Assembly (NCBI RefSeq): GCF_006345805.1
Contig: NC_043010.1
Coordinates: 32,488,001-32,552,000 of the forward strand
Source of the DNA: Octopus sinensis
Lineage: Eukaryota
Direction of reading: 5' to 3'
Length of the DNA stretch: 64,000 bases
Below are positions 12,950 to 25,599 of the stretch, piece by piece. The notes beneath the pieces are model-generated. The model searched no databases. It had not been told where the DNA came from and saw nothing but the letters and a program-made list of their open reading frames with translations. Positions within the stretch are counted from its first letter, which is position 1. Every line of letters begins with the position of its first letter. Both the position numbers and the translations under genes were made by a program.

Positions 12950-14830
12950 AGCAGGTGAAGAAAGAAGTCTTTAAGTACAAATGCAATTTACAACTGGTTT
13001 ATTTACAAGTCTCACAGAATAGGTATTGTGTGCTGCTCTCAGCATACCAACTCAAGCTGTGTGCATTTTGTTGTATCTCCGTTAATGTGGGCCCATTGCC
13101 TCTGGAGATACAACATGCAGACAGGACTAGCTTGGAGACCCAGCCAGTGAAGTGTGCTCAGCAAGCACTTGTGGTGAAAAGAGAATGAATCTGTTTTTGT
13201 TGGGCCCTTATATCCAGTTTGCCATTGTGAGCTTCGTTGTGATCTCACGCATGGCAAATGGATGCAGGCGAGGTCCCGCTCCTGTCTCGGAGATGGCAAT
13301 GGCTGCCGTGAGATCTCATCTAATATGGTGCTGACTGCTTGTGCCATTACAGTAGTTATGATTGCTCAAATTATGTTTGTTTGTGTCTGCATGTGAGAGA
13401 TTTTATTTTAAATGTTTCTTCTACGAGTATAGTGAATTTTGTGGAGAAGCTGTACATAACTTCTAAATTATTTATCTCTTGTGTGTTATTTTTTGTTGAG
13501 TATGATACTTTCATGTTCTTTGGTATTGATAGTAAGAAAAAAGGCAGTAGATTTGGTGAGTGTTGCCTTAAGTCTGTTGTTGTGGAGCTGGGCTTTGATA
13601 TAATTGATGTAGGTTTGAGGCTGTTGTACAACCAGGACTGGGGAAGTGAAGACATCTCTAACATTTGAGACTGTTTTGTGAAAATTTGGGTAAGTGGTGT
13701 AGGTGAAGGTTGAAAAAGTGAGTAAGAGGATGGATCCTTGGGGTATCCCATTCAGAAAATTATAGGTGCTCAGAGTATTATTCTTGAACATTCTATAGAC
13801 TTTATAATGTCTTGAATTCTTGTTTACTAGTTAGTAGTTTGTGTTGTTTCTTAAAGTGATGTCAAGTATTTTTTGTTTGAATGGAAAATAGGGAACAGAG
13901 TTAAAAGCTTTGCTTAAATCATTGATTGTTAGAATGGTATGTGTACTGAGTTTTTTGTTGTTGAAGCCAGCATTTATTTTCTGGAGGAGATTTGTGGGCT
14001 GTGTGGTGGGTATGGTAATCTGAATCCAAACTTATTTATGGGTCAGTGGTACCAAAGATTTGTCATTCTATAATTTTTTAGTACGAATGAAGGAATGATG
14101 GGTCTTTCAATGCTATTTCACTTGGATTTTTGTTGAGATTCAGAATTATTATAATTTTGCCTCATATAAGGTAGAAGGTCAGATACATTAGGGTGATAGA
14201 CAGAATGTGTTGCATTTTTTGTTCTGACCCTCAGTTGCTATTGCTGGTGGTCTGGGGGGGGTGTCCTTTTGAAGTTGATAAAAAAATACCTTTTCTGGGC
14301 AGTGGACTAGTGGAATTGTTTGGAGATGTAGCAAAATATTATCATATTTGTTCCGACTCTTTTCCCTCTAACAGCAATGCCTACAACAACTCTAATGCTA
14401 AGCTCTTTCAACCAAAATTAGTGGATTTTTCTGTCGATAGCATGAATGGCAGGGAGAAGGGAGACTTTAATGCAGGGGTAACTATCAGTCTTCCTGAAAA
14501 AAATCCTTGCCTAGCCCTGCATCCACATGAGCAGATGTATGTTCAACACTGACCAATGGAAGCCCTAAAAAATTTTTCCTAGCTTCCAAATTTGGTATTT
14601 GACAACATTGTTTTGTATTACTAATTGTATATGTTGGTCCATACAGTGAGTTTTTTAGGTCCAAATGTTTTAGGTGTATGTTTGTGAATTTGTCTAGTTC
14701 TGAGGATTTTGAGTTTTTCACTTTTCTTATTGCCTTTTGGGTGTCTAATGGAAGGAAGGGGTCAAAATCAGAGCCCAGGTGGAAAGTGTGCATTTTTCAT
14801 TTTGTGTTCTTGGGTAAAGTTTTTCCCAAT
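12950..14830 (-). mobile_element. Heavily decayed LINE RT fragment (Jockey/I-like; clade uncertain)
   Basis: ORF pieces KAIRKVKNSKSSELDKFTNIHLKHL, NGIPQGSIL and LHNNRLKATLTKST, with many stops. Confidence 0.55.
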
Positions 14831-15505
14831 GGTTGATTTTTGAAAACTGTTAGCTTGGAGTTGCAGTGTGTTATTGAGATATGGAATGTGGTGTAATTAA
14901 TGTTGTTGTTGTTCTTGCTGTTGTTGCTGATGGTGGTGGCAGTGTATCATGTGCTTCAGTCTTGTGTTTTCTAATGGCTTATTTTGTTTTTATCATTTTT
15001 TAATTTATATATTTATTCATTGTTATTTCCTTGTTTGGTTGTTTGATGCTGATTTTTATTTCTGTTGTATGTGGTTTTTGAGCATCTGAGATTAGCTATT
15101 TCTGGTGTGTAATTAAGGTTGTATTTTTATGTTTCCTTGTAGGATGTGTATTTTGATGTCTATAATTATTTTTAATTGTATATACTGATGTGTCTATGCT
15201 GGTGATTGTAATGCTGTCAGATTCTGAAGCCTTTAATTCTGTTTCTTTATTGAACTAATTCTATTATGTTGTTCTGGAGGTTTTAAAAGCACTTTTGTTG
15301 GCTTCATTGATGGGTGGTAGTGCTAAATAATAGGTGATTCAAGGAAGGTTGAGTTAGGAGATGATCTTCCAACTTGGCTAGAGATGCAGACACTATGAGT
15401 AAGAACTGAATAAGACTATGACAACCAATTTCTGGCAGTATGGAAAATGGAAATAATAGGATAATGATGATGATGATGATGACTATCATATATATATATA
15501 TATAT

Positions 15506-15537
<32 letters not shown>

Positions 15538-15540
15538 CAT

Positions 15541-15569
<29 letters not shown>

Positions 15570-15575
<6 letters not shown>

Positions 15576-16925
15576 TTTATGTCCACTTTCCATGCTGGCA
15601 TGGGTTAGACAGTTTGACTGAGGACTGGTGAGCAAAAGGCTGCACCAGACTCAATCTTATCTGGCAAAGTTTCTACAGCTGGATGCCCTTCCTAACGCCA
15701 ACCACTTCAAGTGTGTAGTGGGTGCTTTTACGTGCCACCAGCATGAGGGCCAGTCAGGTGGTTCTGGCAACGACCACACTCAAAAGGTGTTTTTGTGTGC
15801 TACCTGCATGGGAGCCAGTCCAGCAGCACTGGCAACAACCATGCTCGAATGTTGTTTTTCATGTGCCACCAGCACATATGCCAGTAAAGTGACACTGGCA
15901 ATGATCACGCTCAGATGGTGCTTTTCACATGTCACCAGAACGGGAACCAATCCATGGCCCTGGCAATGATCATGCTCGGATGTTCTTTTATTGTTTCACT
16001 GGCACAAGTGCCAATCAGGTGGGACTGTCATTGGCCATATCAGCAATTTTGATTTGTTTACACTTGCCTCAATAGGTCTTCGCAAGCAAAGTTCATTGTC
16101 CAATGAATGAGGGGTACTCATTAGTGGGCCAGTTACACCCCTCATGCTTCTAACGTTCCACTGGCACGAGTACCAATCAGGTGGTACTGACATCGGCCAC
16201 ATCAGCAATTTTGATTTTGATTTCACTTGCCTCAATAGGTCTTCACAAGCAAGGTTTATTGTCCAATGAATGAGGGGTATTCATAAATGGGCTGGTTACA
16301 CCCATAGGCCATAAGCTATGGTCTCAGTTGGCTTGTTGGGTCTTTTCAAGCACAGTATATCTCCAAAGGTCCCAGTCACTAGTCATTACCTCGGTTAGGC
16401 CCAATTTTCAAAGGTCATGCTTCACCACCTCATCCCAGGTTTTCCTGGGTCTACCTCTTCCACAGGTTCCCTCAACTGCTAGGGTGTGACACATTTTCAC
16501 ACAGCTGTCCTCATTCATTTACAACACAAGACCATATCAGCGCAGTCATCTCTCTTGCACGCCACATCTGATGCTTCTTAAATCCAACTTTTCTCTCAGG
16601 GCACTTACACTCTGTCATGTATGCACATTGACATTACACATCCAGCGGAGCATACTGGCTTCATTCCTTGCAAGCTTACACATGTCCTCAGCAGTCACAG
16701 CCCATGTTTCACTGCTGTGTAGCATGGCTGTTCATACACATGCGTCATACAGTCTACCTTTACACTGAGCGAGAGGCCTTTTGTTACCAGCAGAGGTAGG
16801 AGCTCTCTGAACCTTGCCCAGGCTATTCTTATTCTAACATCTACACTTTCAGAGCATCCACCCCTGCTACTGACTTGGTCACCTAGGTAACAGAAGCTAT
16901 CAACTACTTGTAGTTTTCCTCCCTG
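15570..16925 (-). mobile_element. 5'-truncated RTE LINE: C-terminal ORF remnant plus 3' UTR with ~60-bp subrepeats and a ~160-bp tandem duplication
   Basis: ORF VVDSFCYLGDQVSSRGGCSESVDVRIRIAWARFREL. Duplicated block at ~15995-16140 / 16158-16302. Confidence 0.8.
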
Positions 16926-16980
16926 GAATGTGACAGAAGCTGTTCTCTGCACACATATATATATATATATATATACACAC

Positions 16981-17014
<34 letters not shown>

Positions 17015-17016
<2 letters not shown>

Positions 17017-17165
17017 TGCAGGTTTGGCTGTGTGGTAAAAAGCTTGCTTCCCAATCACATGGATCCAGGTTCAGTCCCACTGTGTGGTACCTTGGGCAAG
17101 TGTCTTCTACTATGGCCTTGGGCCAACCAAAACCTTGTGAGTGGATTTGGCAGATGAAAACTGAT
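17015..17165 (+). mobile_element. tRNA-derived SINE, family 2. Related pieces at ~17740-17955, 21795-22085, 30825-31045, 34430-34720, 38000-38170 and 47095-47260.
   Basis: A-box TGGCTGTGTGG at 17025 and B-box GGTTCAGTCCC at 17068, with shared gggcaagtgtcttctactat body. Other pieces end in catggcc-hairpin-gaaac. Confidence 0.75.
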
Positions 17166-17220
17166 ATAAACCTACATTATTTACATTTGATGGATATTTG
17201 TCCTCATCTTGTCTGTTGTT

Positions 17221-17268
17221 ATCACAATGTTTCAGCTGATATACCCTCCAGCCTTCATCAGGTGTCTT
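17221..17268 (-). ncRNA. Minimal hammerhead motif (third family), antisense copy
   Basis: Minus strand reads AAGACAC-CUGAUGA-A-GGCU-loop-AGCU-GAAAC-AUU-GUGAU. G16.2 is changed to A. Confidence 0.55.
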
Positions 17269-17319
17269 GGGGAAATTTCGAACCTAGGTTCTCATTCCCA
17301 AGGTATTTTTCGATGTTAC

Positions 17320-17379
<60 letters not shown>

Positions 17380-17481
17380 CATCATTATTGAGGTCACCAT
17401 GCTCTTAACCACTACTAACTCCAAATTCGTTTTCAGGCAGTGACCTGAATAATAATGATGATGATGATAATAATAATAATG

Positions 17482-17518
<37 letters not shown>

Positions 17519-17580
17519 CAACAACAACAGCAACATAGAAAAATACCATAGGAATGAGAACCCAGGTTCAAAATTTCGCC

Positions 17581-17628
17581 AAGACACCTGATGAAGGCTA
17601 TACGGTATATCAGCCGAAACGTTGAATT
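17581..17628 (+). ncRNA. Minimal hammerhead motif (third family), sense copy
   Basis: AAGACAC-CUGAUGA(17588)-A-GGCU-12 nt-AGCC-GAAAC-GUU, with palindromic AACGUU at stem III. The 3' strand of stem I is partly mutated. Confidence 0.6.
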
Positions 17629-18072
17629 AACCACAAAGAAGCTGAGGACAAATATCTATCAAATGTAAGTAATGTAAATAATGTAAATAATGTACATAAT
17701 TCCTCATCTCTTAAATATAGAACTGAAATAAATCTGTTGTATGTATATGTGTGTGTTTGTGTTTGTCCCCCACCATTGCTTGACAATTGGTGGTGGTTTG
17801 TTTACATCTCTGTAACTTAGCAGTTCAGCAAAAAGCAACTAATAAAACAAGTACTAGACTCAAAACAAAATTTCATACTGGGCTCAATTCATTCAAATAA
17901 AAAAATTCTTCAAGGCTGTGCTCCAGCATGGCCACTGTCTGAAGACAGATAAAAGATGTGTCGCCAACCAGTCAGGCAGGCAGGCAGTTATGTATTTATT
18001 TATTTATTTATATTTCTAGATGTTTATGTGTGTGCATTTAGAAATAGTAATATTTCTTTTTGTCCTTTTCAG

Positions 18073-18243
18073 AATTTTAACATTCTAAATACAAATGAAG
18101 GTCAAGTGTTTGTGGCAGTACACCATGAAAAGGACTTTGTAAACTGCTACTTATCTGAACCCACTGGTCAATTCTATGTGTTGACTTTACCAAATATTGT
18201 TGCAGTTACTGTGAAAGGGCGCTTTCAAGTAGACTTATATCAA
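18073..18243 (+). CDS. SORCS-like: VPS10-domain receptor exon (NFNILNTNEGQVFVAVHH...QVDLYQ)
   Basis: Acceptor ccttttcag, donor GTAAGT at 18244, 171 nt. Contains the family-type QVFVAV and DLY motifs. Confidence 0.9.
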
Positions 18244-18264
18244 GTAAGTTATCAGCTTTAATTA

Positions 18265-19810
18265 TAAAACTTAGATAAAACTTAGATATGTTTCGACCAG
18301 AGATTGGTCCAGGCCATGTCTAACTTAATAGCACCACCTGATAGGATTATTCGAATCCTGTTTAAGTCAAGTTTTGTTCAAGTAGTGAGTTCTTGTTGGG
18401 TGAGTTGTATCCAGTTTTGTTCAAGTAGTGAGTTCTTGTTGGGTGAGTTGTATCCAATTATGGGTGGCTTGTCTGGTATTCTTTGAAGGAATCTATCCAG
18501 ACTCTGTTTGAAGTTGATGGGATCCTTTTCCTCTTTGATCTCCCTCGGGACAATGTTAAATAGGGCAGGGCCTGTTGAGGAAAAGAAATTATGTTGCAGT
18601 GTACATGTATGTTGTGATCTTGAATTTGGCAGGGGACGTATAGCCCGTGGTCCAAGTCTCGGATGAACCTTGAAGCTAATGTTTAGGTCGTTTGGGCAAA
18701 GTTGGCGGTATATTTTCCACATCGTACAAATGATGTACCGCTCACGGCGACGCTGGAGGGAGTAAAGTTTCAAGGCTTTAAGGCGATCCCAATAGTCGAG
18801 AGCAGCCATGCCTTCAATTTGTTTAGTGAGAGCCCTCTGGGGTGACTCAATTCTGGAGATGTTTTGTCTTGGTGAGGAGACCACAGTGGGCAGCAGTATT
18901 CAAGGTGTGGCCGTACAAAGGATGAAAAAAGTGGTATGATGACACCTTGTTCTCTGGACCGGAAATTCTTAAGATCCAGGACCTCATCCTACGAGCTGTA
19001 TCGACCTTCTTATTGATGTGTGCGCTCCAACTGAGATCGTCATCAACAATTACACCCAGGTCTCTGATATTGTTAGAGGCTGTGAGCGGTTCTCCTGAAG
19101 GAAGAGAGTATGGTTGCTTTAGTGAGGAATTTCTTCAAAATGCATCAGCTCAATTTTCCCTCATTCAGTTGCATTTTGTTTCTGTCTGCCCATTGACTCA
19201 CAGCATATAGGTCAGACTGGAGTTGAGTTCGTCTGCTTCTTCATTGACGATTTGCTGGAGCTTAGTGTCATCAGCGAATATTTTCACTTTGCAGTGATGT
19301 ACGACACTGGAAAGGTCGTTTACATAAATTATGAAGAGTAGCGGACCCAAACAGTTCCCTGGGGAACACCGCTGGTGACTTTTGCTGGGTTTGAGTGGAC
19401 TCCATCAACTACAACATGTTGTGTTCTATTCTCTAGGAACTACTGAATCCAGTGTAGAACTTTTCCACGGATTCCAACATTTGCCAATTTTGAGAGTAGG
19501 ATGTTATGGTCTACCCTGTCGAACGCTTTACTGAAGTCAAGGTATATGACGTCAGAGTTCGAACCTGTTCCCAAGGCTTTGAGTACATCTTCAATGTGGT
19601 GTAAGAGCTGTGTTAGACAGTCCCTGCCACAGCGAAAGCCATGTTGATTTGATTTAGGAGTTTGTGGGTCTCCAGGAAGTCAGCTATCCTTGATCTTAAA
19701 ACACTTTCAAACACTTTAATGATGTGGGAGGTGAGTGAGATTGGGCGATAGTTGACTGCGAGGGATCTGTTTCCCTGTTTGAAAACCGGGATGACCGACT
19801 GGGATATATA
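18265..19810 (-). mobile_element. 5'-truncated CR1/L2-type LINE: RT domain, C-terminus and 3' UTR
   Basis: Motifs include NYRPISLTSHIIK, YLDFSKAFDRVDH, SGVPQG, FADDTKL and YCCPLWSP...LYSLQRRRER. Frameshifts and stops are present. The 3' end has a stem-loop and short tandem tail at 18265-18318. Confidence 0.9.
18370..18455. repeat. 43-bp perfect tandem duplication at the LINE ORF end/3' UTR
   Basis: agttttgttcaagtagtgagttcttgttgggtgagttgtatcc occurs twice in tandem. Confidence 0.9.
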
Positions 19811-21062
19811 CTTTTCCATTCTTGTTTCATGGCTTCAAATCTCCACAAAAGTATTAGAACAACTGACTCTGGATAATTGTTCCCGAGCAATTGTGCCAAA
19901 GACAACTTCCTATATTAAACCTTCTACACCACAACTCCAATCCATACCACCATCTCCAACAAAATTTATACTCTACCACCACCACTTACTACACAGTATT
20001 CTACCAACTATAAAACAGAATTCCATCACCATCACTGCTACCTACAACACAATATTCTGCCAACTATAAAACAGTACTTCACCACTGTACTTTGTTATCC
20101 ATAACACTTCAGTTCTACTTCTAATTTACAATTTACAAATATTCCAAAAACAGGTAACATGTAATAGCCAGCAATAAAGCTCCAAGTTTGAACAAATATA
20201 CATTTCTATCAATTTATATACAATACAAAATTCTGCACAAGTTTCTCTTTAACAACTTCTACTCCAAAGGTATTCTTCAACACAAACCAATAGTAGAAAC
20301 CACCTCATGGGTGATTCTAAGAGTGATCTTGTCTATAACAATTGTTCAGTTGAGAAGTGAATTTCTTAGCCACATAGCCATGCATGTATCTGTGCAGAAG
20401 TTGATGAGGATAATGTTGAGGATGATAGCTTTGAAACCAAACACACACACACACTAAAAGAAAGGAACTGCTTAAAAGCAATAAAAAGAGAAAGTATTTG
20501 TATAATGGTGTGACAGAGAGTGAGAACATTCCAGTTAGCCAATTCTATTTTTAATCTGAAACAGAATTTAATAGATGTGTGAATTGTATTTTCCCATTGG
20601 CTCTTTAACTGATTCCCCACCCTGAAAACTACATGAAGCATCACCACTGCCACCAACATTAATAATAACAACACTAATAACCACAACAACAACAATAACA
20701 ACAATCATGATGACAACAACAACATTAGTACCATTAGTACTAGTATTACCATCAACATCATAACTGATGTAAATGCACAACTGTCGACATGTATGTAGGA
20801 ATATATAGAATAAATGTGCACTTGATTATTGAATGTGCATTGTATATGTGTATATGTTTGTGTGTGTGTGTGTTTGTGTACGAGCATGCATGTATGTTTA
20901 AATGTATGTCTGAATACATACACACACATAAACATATATGTATACATATATACATTTATGCACAATATATATATATATATACATACATACATGTGTGTGT
21001 ATATATATATGATATATATATATATATATACATGCATATATATATACATATATATACATATA

Positions 21063-21122
<60 letters not shown>

Positions 21123-22175
21123 TACATTCATTCATACATCAAACATAGATATCAGTATATATGTGCATATGCACACTTGCATATTATGTTGAGCATGCAC
21201 ATCAGGAGCAACCTATGTTTATGGTATAGATTTATAAGACAATTATGGTAAGTGGTTTTTAACAGGGATAGCCTTTAGCAAAATGTTATGCTGTGAATAT
21301 CACCCATTCTGAAGTAGTTTGTCTTCCAGGAAAATTGTCAGGAAAAGAGGAGAGAGAGAAAGCATCAGAAAAAGAGGGGTGAAAATTAAGCAAGAGAACA
21401 GTAAAAGTGAGAGGGACTTGGTAGCAGATTCCTGTAGAGATTTCTATTATATAAGATATATCTCACTTAGTAACATATGCTTTGAATTGAATTGGCTGTT
21501 TTTTTGTTTGTGAGTTCAGTTGCTGTCGTGGGGGAGGGGAGATAACAGCATACTCATGTGTTTGTTCTTTTATTCTTTTACTGATGCCAGCCATTGAACT
21601 GTGGTCATACTGGGGCATCGTCTTCAAGTGATTTTAGCTGATCACAATGATGCTAGTACTTATTTCAGTTTGGTAGATTTGTTTGTGAATCTTTGTTGTT
21701 ATCAAATAGTTTAGTTACATTTTGATGTAAAGGAACAAAATTTTGTGCTCAGTTTTACACTGTTGTCCACAAATATAGCCTCACAAACACAGAAATGCAC
21801 ACAAGAAGTTTGCTTTGCAACTACATGGTTTCAGGTTCAACCCCACTACATGGCACCTTAGGCAAGTATCTTTTACTATAGCCATAGGTTGATCAATGCC
21901 TTGTGAGTGAATTTAATTGATAGAATCTATCAACCTATCATGTGTGTGTGTGTGTGTGTATTTTTTGTGTTTGTCTCCCACCACTCCTTGATGACCAGTG
22001 TTGGTTTGTTTATATCTCTATAATCAAATATTCCAACAAAAGAAACCTGTAGAATAAGTACCAGACTTAAAATAAGTACAGGGGATATATTTGGGGTACT
22101 TAATTCTGCTCATGTTTTAGTGTTCGCTTCTTCCATGGGTATAAGTAAGTATCTCACTTATTTCTTTGCCGCATT

Positions 22176-22229
22176 TATCACTGATGAAGGGAAGGTTCTT
22201 ATGAACTAACTCTGAAATCGGGTCCGATA
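22176..22229 (+). ncRNA. Minimal hammerhead motif (fourth family)
   Basis: UAUCA-CUGAUGA(22181)-AGGG-AA-GGUUC-UUAU-GAACU-AA-CUCU-GAAAU-CGG-GUC-CGAUA. One mismatch at the first stem I pair. Confidence 0.6.
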
Positions 22230-22689
22230 TGGTAATAATGGGATTTTTTAGAAATTTCTGTCGGCTTTCTTCAAAACACATGCTTGTAGTGATAAATGAC
22301 ATGGTTATTGATGTTGTGTCTATTTTTGGCATATTTTGGCATTAGAAATTTTTTCTTTTGCCCTTATAAATTGTTTATATATATATATATATATGTTAGA
22401 GAGTGCACAAAGCACCAGCTTGCTAGAGAGCTCAAAGGTTACCAAGGTCAACTTTGCCTTTCATCTTTTCAGTATCAAAAAATGTACTAGCCAAGTACTG
22501 GGATCATTGTAATCAACTTGCCCCACTCCGAAAATTCTTGGCCATTTATCAAAATTTGAAACAATTATTATTATTATTGTTTTACTTCTCAGACCGCTTG
22601 TTCTTGTTTGCTCTGGTTGATTTTGTGAGAGCAGACTGCTGTTAGAGGTCTCACAGGGTCTCTTTCCACACATAATAAGCTTTGATACT

Positions 22690-23470
22690 TTGGTTGTTAA
22701 TTATTGTGGAAGACATTCAACACCCAAGTACCAGTCTCAAAATTCTAGCTGTCCCCAGCAGAGCAGTTTTTGGGGCTTGCTCTACTCTTATGTCAATTCC
22801 AGTTTCCCAGGCATATTTCTTGAACTTCATTATTAGTGCTCTGAGTGCCCTTGCAACTACTGGGATGACAGACACTCTCCTCATAGTACACATTCTTGCA
22901 TTTTCATCTTTTAGTAGTCTGTACTTTTCAATCTTTTCTAGTTCTTTGTCACTTATGCATGCATCCCCAGGTATTGCAATATCTATAGTCTTGGTTTTCT
23001 TTTTTCCTTTATCTACCACAATATCTGGTCTCTGAGCATCGATTTGGGAGTCACATTGGATTGTATCTTATGTTCCTCATTCTCGGTGACTCCTTCTGGT
23101 TCCTGGGATTTCTGTGCTCTGTCCAGGCCATACTTTTCCCTTAGCTTCCAGTGGACAAACTTAGCCACATTATCATGGCCCCTTTTGTAGTGTTATTGGG
23201 TCAGCTTGCTACACTCACTCACAATATGTGAGATTTGTTTTTGCTCCGCACATCCTACAAAGGAGCGATTTGCTGCTCTTATCTATTTTGGAACTTGATG
23301 TAATTAGCTCTCAGAGCTTGTTCCTGGGTGCTACATATCGATGCCTCAGTGCATCCTTTCAGATCACTTTTTGTTAGCCATCTCTAAGTGTTAGTCATGC
23401 TTTTTCCTTTGATTTCTCTGAGGTATTGCCCATGCAGTGGTTTCATTTTCCAATTGTTTGTTCTTTCTTC
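22690..23470 (-). mobile_element. R4/Dong-type LINE C-terminus: CCHC knuckle plus restriction-like endonuclease
   Basis: CRMC...HIVSEC, DIVVDK...IDIAIPGD...KELEKIEKY and KTALLGTARILRLVL*. Confidence 0.8.
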
Positions 23471-23696
23471 ATCACATTTCTGGTATTGTAAATTCTAACA
23501 ATAGCAAGCAAGGATTGTATGTTCCTTTTTGTTGTTGAGGGAGTGCAAACTTTGTCTGGCATTGTACTGCATCAGTTTGTTTTGCAATGGGGTTTGGTTG
23601 CAGTCTTTTTTTGTATTAGTGTTTGTAGTGTGTGTTGTGTGTGAAATGTAAGCTGTGTTCTTCTGTTGGGTATCCATATTATTATTACTATTATTA

Positions 23697-23755
<59 letters not shown>

Positions 23756-24279
23756 GAGTGAGAGAGCAGTGAATGCCATCAAAATGACACTGGGGTAAAA
23801 TATACGAAGCCCAATATACCCATCATGACTACCCATCTGATAAGGGTACATCAGGCACATGCATCACAACCATATGTGCGCAACATGGTGATCTCATATC
23901 AAGATAAACAGCACATGACCTTGCAGGTGGGGCCCAGTTAGAATTTTCTTCAGGTTGAGTAGCCCATCCCGCTCAAAAGGTCCCTGAATAAGGGTTGTTT
24001 AAGGATGTTGAACGAACCACCCATGTTTCCAGAGGTGAATCCCTCTCAACACATGGCTATGATGCTCCCCCACTACTTCTGCTCGTGATCAGAGATGCAC
24101 ATATCGTCAGCCACTAAGGGACATGCTCAACTGGTTAAGGTCAAACAACTGACAAGCAAATCTGTGGTATTGAGCAGAATATTTGCTGTAGCCCAAGACA
24201 AAACAACGTACATGATAACACTTCCAATCAATTAAGATCAGAAGCCATGAGAGCCACTGCCTGGTACTGCATCAGGGCA
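23756..24279. mobile_element. ~520-bp non-coding, complex-sequence element embedded in a (TAT)n array
   Basis: GC-balanced unique sequence bounded on both sides by TAT repeats, with no ORF. Probably an interspersed repeat. Confidence 0.5.
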
Positions 24280-25306
24280 TCATTATTATTATTATCATCA
24301 TTATTATTATAAGGTGGTGAGCTGGCAGAATTGTTAAGCATGCTGGGCAGAATGCTTAATGGCATTTCATATATCTTTACATTCTGAGTTCAAATTCTGC
24401 TGAGTTTGACTTAGCCTTTCATCCTTTCGGTATTGATATAAGTACCAGTTCAGCACTGGAATACTGGAGTCGATGTAACTGAATTACTCCTCTTTAAAAT
24501 TTCTGGCCTTGCACAAAAATCTGAAACCATTATTATTATTTCTATTATTATTTTTGTTTTTGCCATGATACATATGAAGATACACTGATTTTCAGTGACA
24601 CCAAAAGTTTTTGCTAAAATTTCCCACTTTTTCCACCTTCTTGGGAGCTTATTTTCTAGATTTAAATTTCTCCATTATGAAGAGGAGTACTCCTCCTCCA
24701 CCTGGATGTAGTTGTTTTTATGCAGCAACACCCTAATAGCAGAGGCAGACATTTTGATTTTTTTTTTTTCTCGGGAACAAAATGGAGACATCAACATATT
24801 CAATAAAATATTTGAGCTAGTAAAAGAAAAAAAATAATAAAACGGAATGAAAGAGAGGGATTCTCTTTTGCAAAGTCTGGTGTTCTTCAGGCTACAACTG
24901 AAAAGATAGCAATGTCATTGTCATGGTGCCAAAAACAAAGCCAAATAATGATAAAAGCAAAACAGTTGCACAAACACTACCACCATCATCCCTTCCATCA
25001 CCAACAAATCAAAAAGAACAGAAACAACAACATCAACAATTGTAAAGATTTCAGAGCTTGATAATCTGAAGGAAGATAACATTAAGAACAACACTGCCTT
25101 CACAAACATCCCAATAACAAGTGGCAACTCTATCATCTCTTTCACCACCACTATTATCATGCCTACCTTGTTTACTGTGGCTTCTGAAAATCCCACTAAC
25201 AGCAGCAAAAGATTTAGTGGGAACACAAAGGAATTTAGGAACAAATTTCCCAAATTAATGGCCATAAATAATACTAATCACAACAGCACTAATGTAATTA
25301 ATACCT

Positions 25307-25599
25307 CCAATGTTCAAAGGTCATACTTCACTACCTCATCCTATGTCTTCCACAGGTTCCTTCTACAGTTAGGAAGTGGCACTTCCTCACACAGCTGTCC
25401 TCATTAATATGTAACACATGACCATACAAGCACAGACACCTCTCTTGCACACCACATTTGATGCTTCTTATGCTCAACTTTTCTCTCAGGGCACTTACAT
25501 TCTGTTGTGTATTCACACTGACATTACACATCCAGCAGATCATACTAGCTTCATTTCTTTCAAGCCTACACATGTCCTTAGCATTCATGGCCCATGTTT
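25307..25599 (-). mobile_element. RTE C-terminal fragment, near-identical to 26584-26876
   Basis: ORF MCRLERNEASMICWMCNVS. 293 bp with 3 mismatches to the neighbouring copy. Confidence 0.8.

Larger units (their letters stand above)
17173..17676. repeat. Fold-back: two inverted copies of a hammerhead-bearing repeat with (TAT)n/(ATA)n inner segments
   Basis: 17173-~17390 is the imperfect reverse complement of ~17449-17676. The spacer has its own aggtcac/gtgacct inverted pair. Confidence 0.85.

Noticed and set aside
15730-16000. ~60-bp repeated units (also 1370-1520 and 42270-42550) superficially like a CRISPR array
   Set aside because: The units are degenerate tandem repeats without unique spacers, sit inside the RTE 3' UTR, and are in a eukaryotic context with no cas genes.
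24200-24279. Possible HDV-like ribozyme at the end of the TAT-embedded element
   Set aside because: A P3/L3-like hairpin can be drawn, but no matching P1 partner or P1.1 was found.
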